Positions 8,923-16,796 are shown, numbered from the stretch's first letter. The stretch is DNA of 18,464 nucleotides from Fidelibacterota bacterium (GCA_043822705.1 JBDRBK010000190.1:1-18464); one strand, 5' to 3'. Notes: a model not told the origin generated them from the letters alone. Made by a program: numbers and translations.

Positions 8923-8952
8923 TTGCCGGTTCATCGGCAGTTAGTGTATAAT
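8923..8952 (+). promoter_or_regulatory. Candidate sigma-70 promoter for mrfB-plsC
   Basis: TTGCCG (8923-8928), an 18-nt spacer, then perfect TATAAT (8947-8952), 50 nt upstream of GTG 9003. Confidence 0.45.
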
Positions 8953-9002
8953 CGGGCTGTGGTTTATCCAATCTTATACCGGTACAATTCCGGAAAGCAC
9001 TA

Positions 9003-10280
9003 GTGAGCAAATCCATCGGCGAGCGCCTGCGCGAGCTGGATCGGCGGGAGTCGGCTGGTGCGAATGAACTGCGTCAACGGCTGGAACGGCTGTACCGCAG
9101 CGCCGCCACCGAAAAGTCCTTCCCCGACGAACAGGTAGTTCGCGACCAGCGCCGGATTCACGAGTATGTCGCTGGCAGTTATGAAAACACCAGTTTCGGC
9201 GATGTCTTCGTGGCCCGGGTTCATTATCCCTGGGACTATGTTCACGGCAACAGTTCGCCCGCCGGACTGCGGTCAATTTCGGGTGACTGGCTGAGCCGGC
9301 TGGGGCGCTACGCCAAACGGACCGATTTCGATCTCGATGGAACCATATTTATTGACACGGAAACCACCGGTCTGGCCGGCGGCAGCGGCACCCTGGCGTT
9401 TCTGGTGGGAATCGGATTTGTGGACGATGGTGGTTTTACCGTACACCAGTATTTCGCCGATTCTTTCAATCGCGAAGAGGGCATGCTGGATCTGGTGGCC
9501 GATTTCATTAAACCGTATTCCACGATTATTTCTTTCAATGGCAAAACTTATGATCTGCCGTTGCTGGCAACCCGCTATGTTTTGCAGCGCCGTCCGTCGC
9601 CTTTTGAAAGTATGCAGCACCTGGACCTGTTGCACCTGGCCCGGCAGATCTGGGGTTACAGTCTGCAGGACTGCCGCCTGCAGACGATCGAGCGGGAAGT
9701 CCTGGATTTTCAGCGCCGGGATGACCTGCCGGGCAGCAAAGTGCCCGAGGCTTATTTTAAATTTCTGCGCGGCGGCGGGGCCGATCCGCTGTACCGGGTT
9801 TTCGAGCATAATGCCCTGGATATCTTGACCCTGGCGATGATTTTGCCGCTGGTCTGGGAACTGACCCGGCCGGAAGGGCGGGCTCCCGACCTGCAATTGG
9901 CGCGCAGCCGCATTCTGCTACGGCAGGGTGAAGTCGAATCGGCTCGGCAGGTTCTGGAGGAATTTGTCACTGTCGCCGGCGACCAGCGGCTGCGGCAGAT
10001 CGGACGGATACATCTGGGACGGATATATAAAAAAACCGGAGCGATCGACAGGGCCTGCCGGCAATGGCGCAAAGCGATCGAAGATGGGCCACAGTTCTAT
10101 CTTGAGCCTTACGAAGAGTTGGCCAAAGATTGCGAACACCGGCAGAAGAATCCCGAAAGCGCCCGGGACTTTGCCCGCCAGGCCCGCAACCGGTTATCAG
10201 GCGGCCGGACCAGGGAATTGCATGCCCTGGATCACCGGCTGGAACGGCTGGAGGATAAAATCGAACGGAGAAAACAATGA
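9003..10280 (+). CDS. mrfB: MrfB/YprB family RNase H-like (DEDDh) exonuclease with C-terminal TPR-like helices
   Basis: ExoI FIDTETTGL, ExoII SFNGKTYDLP, HLDLLH and ExoIII HNALDILTL. The helical C-terminus contains ELAKDCEHRQKN..A and HRLERL. GTG start. Confidence 0.85.
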   Translation: MSKSIGERLRELDRRESAGANELRQRLERLYRSAATEKSFPDEQVVRDQRRIHEYVAGSYENTSFGDVFVARVHYPWDYVHGNSSPAGLRSISGDWLSRLGRYAKRTDFDLDGTIFIDTETTGLAGGSGTLAFLVGIGFVDDGGFTVHQYFADSFNREEGMLDLVADFIKPYSTIISFNGKTYDLPLLATRYVLQRRPSPFESMQHLDLLHLARQIWGYSLQDCRLQTIEREVLDFQRRDDLPGSKVPEAYFKFLRGGGADPLYRVFEHNALDILTLAMILPLVWELTRPEGRAPDLQLARSRILLRQGEVESARQVLEEFVTVAGDQRLRQIGRIHLGRIYKKTGAIDRACRQWRKAIEDGPQFYLEPYEELAKDCEHRQKNPESARDFARQARNRLSGGRTRELHALDHRLERLEDKIERRKQ

Positions 10281-10990
10281 CCACATTGATTGCTTTGCTG
10301 ATCTGGCCGGTAGCCCTGCTGACCTTTGCCTTTGCGGGACTGCTGCTGTTCCTGGGATTATTGATCATACCGCGGCAGCAGATCCATTATCTGGTACGGT
10401 TTCTGTGCCGACTGATTCTATTGGGCGCGGGGCAGATACTGGTGGTCGACCGTCGCGATTTCGACGACAGCGACGGACCCTTTATCTACATGTTCAACCA
10501 CGCTTCGCTATTCGACCCGTTCATCGTCGGCTCCATCGTCCGGCATTACATTACCGCCGTGGGCGCCGATTACCAGTTTTCTTACCCGTTGTGGGGTGCG
10601 ATGATCAAGCGCTACGGCATTATTCCGATTATCCGCACTGACATTAGAAAAGCCATCGCCAGCCTGCATAAAGCCGAGGAAGCGATTCGTTCCGGGATAT
10701 CATTTCTAATATCACCGGAGGGTACGCGAACCCTGAATGGCGAACTGGGACTGTTTAAAAAAGGCGGGTTTCACGTCGCTAAAAATACCGGTGCCACTAT
10801 CGTGCCGATGGCCTTTTTCGGTACTTTTCGGGCGAAATCGAAACCGGATTGGCGTATCCGGCCGGGTGTTCTGCGGGCCAAAATCGGCCCGGTGATAACC
10901 GCTGCCGAGTTCGCACAGCTTTCGGTGGAAGAGCTGCGCGATCTGGTGCGGGGACGAATTCAAGATCTGCTGGCTGAAAAAGTCGAGTAA
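10277..10990 (+). CDS. plsC: 1-acyl-sn-glycerol-3-phosphate acyltransferase (PlsC family)
   Basis: NHASLFD (HX4D), PEGTR, FKKGGF, IVP and a hydrophobic N-terminus. ATGA overlap with mrfB. Confidence 0.88.
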   Translation: MTTLIALLIWPVALLTFAFAGLLLFLGLLIIPRQQIHYLVRFLCRLILLGAGQILVVDRRDFDDSDGPFIYMFNHASLFDPFIVGSIVRHYITAVGADYQFSYPLWGAMIKRYGIIPIIRTDIRKAIASLHKAEEAIRSGISFLISPEGTRTLNGELGLFKKGGFHVAKNTGATIVPMAFFGTFRAKSKPDWRIRPGVLRAKIGPVITAAEFAQLSVEELRDLVRGRIQDLLAEKVE

Positions 10991-11031
10991 TTTGTTCATT
11001 ATTATGATAATTTTATACACGGGGTAGGCTG

Positions 11032-11062
11032 GTTAAATACCGATTGAAAAACCGTATTTAAC
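11032..11062. promoter_or_regulatory. Perfect 9-bp inverted repeat (candidate operator or hairpin)
   Basis: GTTAAATAC (11032-11040), a 13-nt spacer containing TTGAAA, then GTATTTAAC (11054-11062). Confidence 0.45.
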
Positions 11063-11073
11063 AATTAACTCCG

Positions 11074-11248
11074 GGATTTGTCTGGAAGATCGGAAAATCA
11101 ATGTGGAAAATTGCCGGTGCGCTGAACCGGACCGGAATAGCGGAATTTTCCATTCTGCGGGCGAAAGGTTAGCTTGGCGCTGTGCCTGTATCTGGCGGTA
11201 AAACCGGTTGCCGTGGCGGAGATACGGGTGCGAAAATCGGACAAATCC
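11074..11248 (+). ncRNA. Candidate structured RNA / leader element of unassigned family
   Basis: Nested stems at 11074-11084/11238-11248, 11104-11112/11144-11152, 11182-11193/11220-11231 and 11195-11201/11208-11214, with several G.U pairs. Derived by eye. Confidence 0.45.
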
Positions 11249-11294
11249 ATAAGCTGATCCGAAAAATTTTTTAGCCAAACAAGGAAACGTAATC

Positions 11295-13850
11295 GTGGAT
11301 CAAAAGGATACAAATGATTTGATGTCGACGCTGGGTCTGAAAAAGGACGGCGACCAGCCGGACGCCGCCGATACGCCCGAAAAAAAGGAACCAAGCGTCG
11401 TTGATGAGCTGGCCCGGTTCAACATTGACAAGGCCGAGGCGGACAGCCCGACGGCGGGACCGGAAAGCGCTGATTTATCGGACGTACCGGAAACGACCGC
11501 TGCTGATTCAGATCGCGATAAAGACGATCCGGCCGAGTCACCGGAAGCCGCGGAAAACATTGATAAAGGTCCTTCGGATTCATCATATTTAATTGATTCT
11601 GATTTTGCCGATTTTACGGTCGATGAAAATGTCATCAGCAATTATCGCAGTACCCTGATTGAGCGACAGGCGGAGCTGGCGGCCGAAGCCGCTGACGCAC
11701 CGGAAACACCGACTCCGGCCCGGACGGAATCGCAGCCGCCATTCGATCAACCATCATCAGACACGCCGGCAGCCACATTTTTTATGGTCGACCTGTATCG
11801 TCAGCAGGGGATGCTGCGTCAGGCGCTGAAAGTGCTCGATACGCTGGAAAATCTGGATCTCGATCCCGAAAGGATTTTCCGGGAGCGTAACGAAATTCTG
11901 GTCGAACTTGGTGAAGAACCGGTAGAACGGACCGACGTATTGCCAGCAGAACCGGTCGTTGAACCGGAATTGCCCGGAGAGCAGCCCGTGGTATCCGAAC
12001 CAGACGAGGAAACGCCGGCCGCCGCCGCGCCGGAAATATCTGAAGAAGATTATGAGCGTCATCGGGTTGACATGCTGAAAAAACGGATGGGTGTCGCGAC
12101 TGACGATGGAGCGCCGGCCGAGCCGATGGCGGAATCCGTACCGGTCACCGAGGATGAACACGAACAGCACCGGATTGAAGCGCTTCAGCGGCGTATGGGC
12201 GCCCGGGAGAAGACTCCGGAACCGGAGCTGGTTGAAGAACCGGCGATTGAAGAACCGGATCTGGCGCCCTCACCTGCAACCGCGGTCGAAGGCGAAGACG
12301 AGCAAGATTTATTACGGATCGCACGAATCCGGGAACAGGCTCAGCAGCCAGCGTCTGTGGTCACACCTCCGCCGGCAGCAACGGCGGGCGGTGATGGAAC
12401 GGGATCGAAAAAGCTGCCGTTGAAATGGCTTTATGGTTCCATGGCCTTTATCCTGGTGGTGGTTGCCATACTGGTTTTCTGGCCCGAATCCGGCCCGCCG
12501 CCGGTTTACGAACCACCGGATAGGGCCATCACCGGTACCGGGCAACCGGCGGTTACTGCCGCCGAAGCGGTACCGGTCGCCATTCCTGATACGACCGAAA
12601 AAGTAGTCGCCGTCGATACGGCACAGGTTAAAGTTATCGTAGTGCCGCCGCAGCCGGTAGAAAAGACACCGGCAAAAACGGAGAAGGCAGTGCCGCCCAA
12701 ACCGCAACCGGCAGTTAAAACTCTACCCCTGCGGAACCTGAAAACCAACAAGGAAGCAGTGGAGAAATTCAAACAGGGCAACTACTGGGCCGCGGCCGAA
12801 GTGTGGGGCAAGGAAAAGAAACAACAGCCGGGCAATTACACCATCATTCTGCTGTTCGGGTGTGAAAATAAAACCATTCGCAACGCCTACAGCACCCTGG
12901 GCAGTCCGGCCGATTTTTTCCTGCTGCCGCGCTATATTGGCGACCGTCAATGTTATACGATCTGCTGGGGTGATTTTAAATCGCTGGCGGATGCCAAGAA
13001 ATGGTTTGGCGAGGTACCCAAGTGGTTCTATGATAACGGCGCCAAACCAATGATCAGATCATTTGGACAAATAAAGATTACTACTCAAGTCAAGGTTGCA
13101 AAAGCAGTGGTCGCTACCCCGCCGGTCGCGGAAAAAGCAGCCGTACCGGAGCCGGTTGTGGAATCAAACACCGCCCTGGCCGCTGCAATCGAAGCGGAAG
13201 AGATCAAGATCGAGCTGACCGCGGCCGAAGAGGTTTTCGTCCAGGCCATGATAACGCTGCAGGAAACATTACCGGCGGAGGATTCGCTGGAAGCAGGTAC
13301 AATGAACCTGCCGGAATATGCCACGGAAGAGGAAACAGGTCCGGTCGGGCAGGATACCCTGGTTGTGCTGACGACGGCCGATCATGCCGATGACTGGATC
13401 GAAATGGATACGGTTTCACAGCAACTGGAGCCGCTGGCCGAGGATGCCGGAATTGATTTTATCGAAATCACGGAACTGGAAGAAGCTGCGCCGGTCGCAC
13501 CCGAACCTGAGCCGGATTATTCCGCCCGGGAATTACTGGAACTGGAGCGCTATCCTGAGGCGGCGGCCAAGTGGCGGCTCGAGAAAGGTGGTCGTGGTTC
13601 AAGTTACACTGTCAAACTTTTGACTGCCTGCCAGGATGTTTCGGTTGGTGATGCCTATGGTGCTGTCAATCGTTCGGCGGAATTTTTCATCCTGCCGAAT
13701 AAAGTCCAAGGACAGGATTGCTACGCCCTTTGCTGGGGTGAGTTTGAATCCAAGAAGAAAGCCAAGGCGCGCTTGAAAGAAGTTCCCAAGTGGTTTCAGC
13801 GCAATGGGGGGAAGCCGGTTGTCACGACTATTGCCGAAGTCGGAAAATAG
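11295..13850 (+). CDS. 851-aa bitopic membrane protein: acidic low-complexity N-terminus, one TM helix, Pro/Ala linker and two DamX/SPOR-like domains
   Basis: SD AAGGA before GTG 11295. TM segment WLYGSMAFILVVVAILVFWP. A domain of about 105 aa occurs twice, with pattern YT..LL..C...FF.LP.....CY..CWG.F.S...AK....EVPKWF..NG.KP. The CDS is secure; the SPOR assignment is inferred. Confidence 0.75.
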   Translation: MDQKDTNDLMSTLGLKKDGDQPDAADTPEKKEPSVVDELARFNIDKAEADSPTAGPESADLSDVPETTAADSDRDKDDPAESPEAAENIDKGPSDSSYLIDSDFADFTVDENVISNYRSTLIERQAELAAEAADAPETPTPARTESQPPFDQPSSDTPAATFFMVDLYRQQGMLRQALKVLDTLENLDLDPERIFRERNEILVELGEEPVERTDVLPAEPVVEPELPGEQPVVSEPDEETPAAAAPEISEEDYERHRVDMLKKRMGVATDDGAPAEPMAESVPVTEDEHEQHRIEALQRRMGAREKTPEPELVEEPAIEEPDLAPSPATAVEGEDEQDLLRIARIREQAQQPASVVTPPPAATAGGDGTGSKKLPLKWLYGSMAFILVVVAILVFWPESGPPPVYEPPDRAITGTGQPAVTAAEAVPVAIPDTTEKVVAVDTAQVKVIVVPPQPVEKTPAKTEKAVPPKPQPAVKTLPLRNLKTNKEAVEKFKQGNYWAAAEVWGKEKKQQPGNYTIILLFGCENKTIRNAYSTLGSPADFFLLPRYIGDRQCYTICWGDFKSLADAKKWFGEVPKWFYDNGAKPMIRSFGQIKITTQVKVAKAVVATPPVAEKAAVPEPVVESNTALAAAIEAEEIKIELTAAEEVFVQAMITLQETLPAEDSLEAGTMNLPEYATEEETGPVGQDTLVVLTTADHADDWIEMDTVSQQLEPLAEDAGIDFIEITELEEAAPVAPEPEPDYSARELLELERYPEAAAKWRLEKGGRGSSYTVKLLTACQDVSVGDAYGAVNRSAEFFILPNKVQGQDCYALCWGEFESKKKAKARLKEVPKWFQRNGGKPVVTTIAEVGK

Positions 13851-13905
13851 ACACTGGTAAGCACACCAGCGTTTCCAATTCAGATTCTGCGGTCGAATAT
13901 AAACG

Positions 13906-14184
13906 ATGGCATCCAGGAATTATTTCAGGTATAAACTGGGCATGGTGCTGCTGGCGATCAATTACCCCGTCGGTTATGGCGGCCTTTGGTTCTGTGGCAT
14001 CATGTTTTTGCGAACCAAGATGCCGGCCTGGCTGGCTGCCGCCGGTGGTTGTTATCTGGTATCCTGGGTGATGCTGGCGGGCGGATTTTTTCTGGCCGGG
14101 CAGGAAGGTGTCCGCCGTATGCGGTTTTTCTGGCGCCGGACCAAGCGCCGGCTCCAGTTCATTAAATTGAAGGAGAAGGAATGA
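13906..14184 (+). CDS. Small membrane protein (two predicted TM helices, basic C-terminus)
   Basis: 92 aa with two hydrophobic segments and an Arg/Lys-rich tail. It fills the gap and has an ATGA overlap with the DJ-1 gene. Confidence 0.7.
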   Translation: MASRNYFRYKLGMVLLAINYPVGYGGLWFCGIMFLRTKMPAWLAAAGGCYLVSWVMLAGGFFLAGQEGVRRMRFFWRRTKRRLQFIKLKEKE

Positions 14185-14729
14185 AAACGGTCCTGGTCCC
14201 CCTGGCCGACGGGTTTGAAGAAATCGAAGCGGTCACGATCATCGATATCTTGCGACGGGCCGGTGCCGCTGTCGTCAGCGCCGGCCTGGCCAAGCGCAAT
14301 CTGACCGGATCCCACGACATTCATCTGGTTGCCGACAGCGTTTTGGCGGAGGAGCTTGGAAAAAACTGGGATGCCATCGTTCTACCGGGCGGTGTTCCCG
14401 GTACAAATAACCTGATGGACGACCAGCGTTTGCTGGATTTGTTGAAGAAACAATCAGCGGCTGGTAAAATCACCGCGGCGGTCTGCGCCGCCCCCGCCGT
14501 ACTTGACAAGGCGGGTGCGATCGATGGACGCGAGGTAACGATCCATCCCACCTGGGTGGATCAGCTCAACTTGGCGCAATATCGCGGCGGCCGGGTCCGG
14601 CACGACGGGCAAATTGTGACCGGTATGTCAGCGGGAGCGGTCATGGAATTCGCCTTCAGCCTGGTGGAAGTGTTGTTTGGCCCGGCAAAAGCGGCCGAGA
14701 TCAATGCCGGAGTATTGGCAAGGTTGTGA
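14181..14729 (+). CDS. DJ-1/PfpI family protein, YajL/ThiJ-like (glyoxalase III/deglycase-like)
   Basis: Motifs LADGFEEIEA...DILRRAG, DAIVLPGG and nucleophile Cys in AVCAAP. SD GGAG/AAGGA upstream. Confidence 0.92.
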   Translation: MKTVLVPLADGFEEIEAVTIIDILRRAGAAVVSAGLAKRNLTGSHDIHLVADSVLAEELGKNWDAIVLPGGVPGTNNLMDDQRLLDLLKKQSAAGKITAAVCAAPAVLDKAGAIDGREVTIHPTWVDQLNLAQYRGGRVRHDGQIVTGMSAGAVMEFAFSLVEVLFGPAKAAEINAGVLARL

Positions 14730-15418
14730 ATAAAAAATTATTCCTGTTTGATATTGACGGCACGCTCCTGTCTCCGGGCTTGCTGCCGCGGCAGATTTTA
14801 AACCGGGCTCTGGCCGATTTGGCCGGCGCCAGTCCCGACCTGCAGTTTGTTGACGTAGCCGGCCTTACCGATCCGCTGATAATTAGCAACGCACTGCAAA
14901 AACTGGGTATCACCGACGGACTGCTGCCGGTACTGGAACGGCGGGTGCTGGAGCGTTATCTGGACGAGCTGGAACGAGATTTCCCCTATTCCGACCTGCC
15001 GGTTCTATATCAGGATGCCGTCGACTTTCTGGGAGCCGTGGAGCTGGCCGGTCATGCTACCGCCCTGCTGACCGGTAACGTGGAGCGCGGGGCGATCATC
15101 AAACTTGGGCGCTTTGGTCTGTTCCGGCGGTTTGCTTTTGGTGTATATGGCAGTGATTCGGGCGAGCGCTCCGATCTGCCGGGGATCGCCCGCGAACGGG
15201 CGCAACAGGTGCTGGGAATTGATTTCAGTTTCAGTGATCTCGTAATTGTCGGCGATACGCCCAACGATGCCCGGATTGCCTGCCAGACCGGTGCGCGTTC
15301 GGTGATCGTCTGTCGTCGTCCCGACTGGGAAGCGGAAATTCGGGCGGCCGGCGCCGATATCATTGTCGATAATTTAAACGATACAAGGCGCCTCCTGGAA
15401 CTGACCGCGGCGTTTTAA
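14726..15418 (+). CDS. HAD-superfamily hydrolase, phosphoglycolate phosphatase-like
   Basis: Motif I LFDIDGTLL, AGLTD, LLTGN and VGDTPND. GTGA overlap with the DJ-1 gene. Confidence 0.88.
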   Translation: MNKKLFLFDIDGTLLSPGLLPRQILNRALADLAGASPDLQFVDVAGLTDPLIISNALQKLGITDGLLPVLERRVLERYLDELERDFPYSDLPVLYQDAVDFLGAVELAGHATALLTGNVERGAIIKLGRFGLFRRFAFGVYGSDSGERSDLPGIARERAQQVLGIDFSFSDLVIVGDTPNDARIACQTGARSVIVCRRPDWEAEIRAAGADIIVDNLNDTRRLLELTAAF

Positions 15419-15427
15419 TCCGCTGCT

Positions 15428-16795
15428 ATGAAGCTCTCCAATCGTGTTCTGACCCTGGTTACCGGCGTGCTGCTGGTCGCTTTGACGGGTATGGCCGTGC
15501 CGCTGTACTGGTACACTCGCAGTGCACTGGAGGACGATCTGGACCGCCATCTGTTGACTATACTGGAACTGGTTGCCGCGGCGTTGGATCGCGAATTGTT
15601 GGCCGCTCTGGCCGCCGAGCCGGAACTGGCCGGTGTTCGTCAGGAAGTCGAATCGGATTTGCGGAGCCTGGTCGTCAGCGGAATAACCGCACTGGCACTC
15701 TTTGATCAAAATGGGACCCAGTTGGTTTTCAGCGGTTCACTGCCCGTGGAACAAATTCATCTGACAGTCACCACTGGGGCCATCGATCAACCGGTGGTGT
15801 CACGGATTTTCCGCCAGAATCCGGGTGTCTATTTTAAGACGGCGGTCCTGCCGCTGACAACGAGTTCGGGTCAATCGGTACTGCTGGCCGCCTGGGCCGG
15901 GGCCGAGTTCATGGCCGTGGTCGAACAATTACTGGGCAGCCTGTTCTGGATGACGGTCCTGGCCCTGGCGGCGGCCGGTGTTCTTTCAATTGTTTTTTCC
16001 CGATCATTGCTCAATCCGGTTCGCCGGTTAAGCACCTACGCCGCGGCCATCAGCCGGAATATCTATTCCGAATCGCTGGATCTGGGACGTAACGATGAAT
16101 TCGGGGCGTTGAATCGTGCCCTGCGTGAAATGCACCAGGAGATTCGCTCCAATGAGCAGCACAACAAGGAACTGTTAGCCGGAATCGCGCATGAAATCAA
16201 GAATCCACTGGGTGGAATCGAGATTTACAGCGGCCTATTGGAAGAAGAGCTGGGCGATAATTCGGAACACCGGGAATACCTGAATAAAATAAATATCGAA
16301 TTGCGTAACCTGAAACGAGTGATCCTGGAATACCTGGATTATGCCCGTCCACCTCGAAGCGCAGTCAAGCCTCAGAAAATTGATACTATCGTAGCCGATG
16401 CCGCCCGCATTCTGGCACCGGAACTGGCAGCACAAAAAATTAATTTCAGCAGCCGGGGTAGTGGAACAGTCAGCGGTGATGAATCAAAGTTGCGGCGGGT
16501 GCTGGTCAACCTGCTGAAAAATGGTATCGAAGCGCAGCCCGAAGGTGGTAAAATCACGGTAGTTATCGAAGAGCAGGGCCAGGATTTGATCCTGCGGGTC
16601 AGCGACAGCGGCAGCGGCATCCGGCCGGAGCATCTGGAGCAGGTATTCCAGCCCCATTTCAGCACCCGTAACCGGGGTTATGGTCTGGGGTTGGCGATCG
16701 TCAAAAATATCGTGGATGAAATGTCTGGCACAATAGTTGTCAATAGTACTGTCGGCGTGGGTAGTGAATTTGTTTTGACACTGCCCCGCGGCTGA
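15428..16795 (+). CDS. Membrane sensor histidine kinase with HAMP domain
   Basis: Two TM segments flanking an extracytoplasmic domain, HAMP (PVRRL...NDEFGALNRAL), H box AHEIKNPL, N box NLLKNG, G1 DSGSGI, F box FQPHFST and G2 GYGLGL. Confidence 0.93.
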   Translation: MKLSNRVLTLVTGVLLVALTGMAVPLYWYTRSALEDDLDRHLLTILELVAAALDRELLAALAAEPELAGVRQEVESDLRSLVVSGITALALFDQNGTQLVFSGSLPVEQIHLTVTTGAIDQPVVSRIFRQNPGVYFKTAVLPLTTSSGQSVLLAAWAGAEFMAVVEQLLGSLFWMTVLALAAAGVLSIVFSRSLLNPVRRLSTYAAAISRNIYSESLDLGRNDEFGALNRALREMHQEIRSNEQHNKELLAGIAHEIKNPLGGIEIYSGLLEEELGDNSEHREYLNKINIELRNLKRVILEYLDYARPPRSAVKPQKIDTIVADAARILAPELAAQKINFSSRGSGTVSGDESKLRRVLVNLLKNGIEAQPEGGKITVVIEEQGQDLILRVSDSGSGIRPEHLEQVFQPHFSTRNRGYGLGLAIVKNIVDEMSGTIVVNSTVGVGSEFVLTLPRG

Positions 16796-16796
16796 A

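Noticed and set aside
8944..9000. Purine or SAM-I riboswitch resemblance (GTATAAT..., GGTACAATTCC...GAAAG)
   Set aside because: The required cores are absent (TTTCTACC and the loop-loop sequences for purine; the kink-turn and GCAACC for SAM-I).
8842..9002. LexA/SOS box upstream of mrfB
   Set aside because: Neither GAAC-N4-GTTC nor CTGT-N8-ACAG is present; the GAAC and GTTC here are too far apart.
9928..10641. 237-aa alternative-frame + strand ORF spanning mrfB and plsC
   Set aside because: It overlaps two genes with intact catalytic motifs and has no motif of its own.
11261..11279. GAAAAATTTTTTAGCCAAA resembling GAAAATTTTTTTACCAAA at 2233-2250
   Set aside because: This is a low-complexity A/T tract with only two instances, which is not enough to call a shared motif.
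11033..11394. Minus-strand ORFs 11033-11278 and 11098-11394 across the long intergenic region
   Set aside because: They have no recognisable protein features, one overlaps the 851-aa gene, and the nested base-pairing explains the region better.
13851..13875. Terminator after the 851-aa gene (CTGGT-N6-ACCAG)
   Set aside because: The core stem is only 5 bp with a 3-nt T tract, too weak to support.
16726..16741. Sigma-54 promoter-like TGGCACAATAGTTGT
   Set aside because: The -12 element is GT rather than the near-invariant GC, and it lies inside the kinase CDS.
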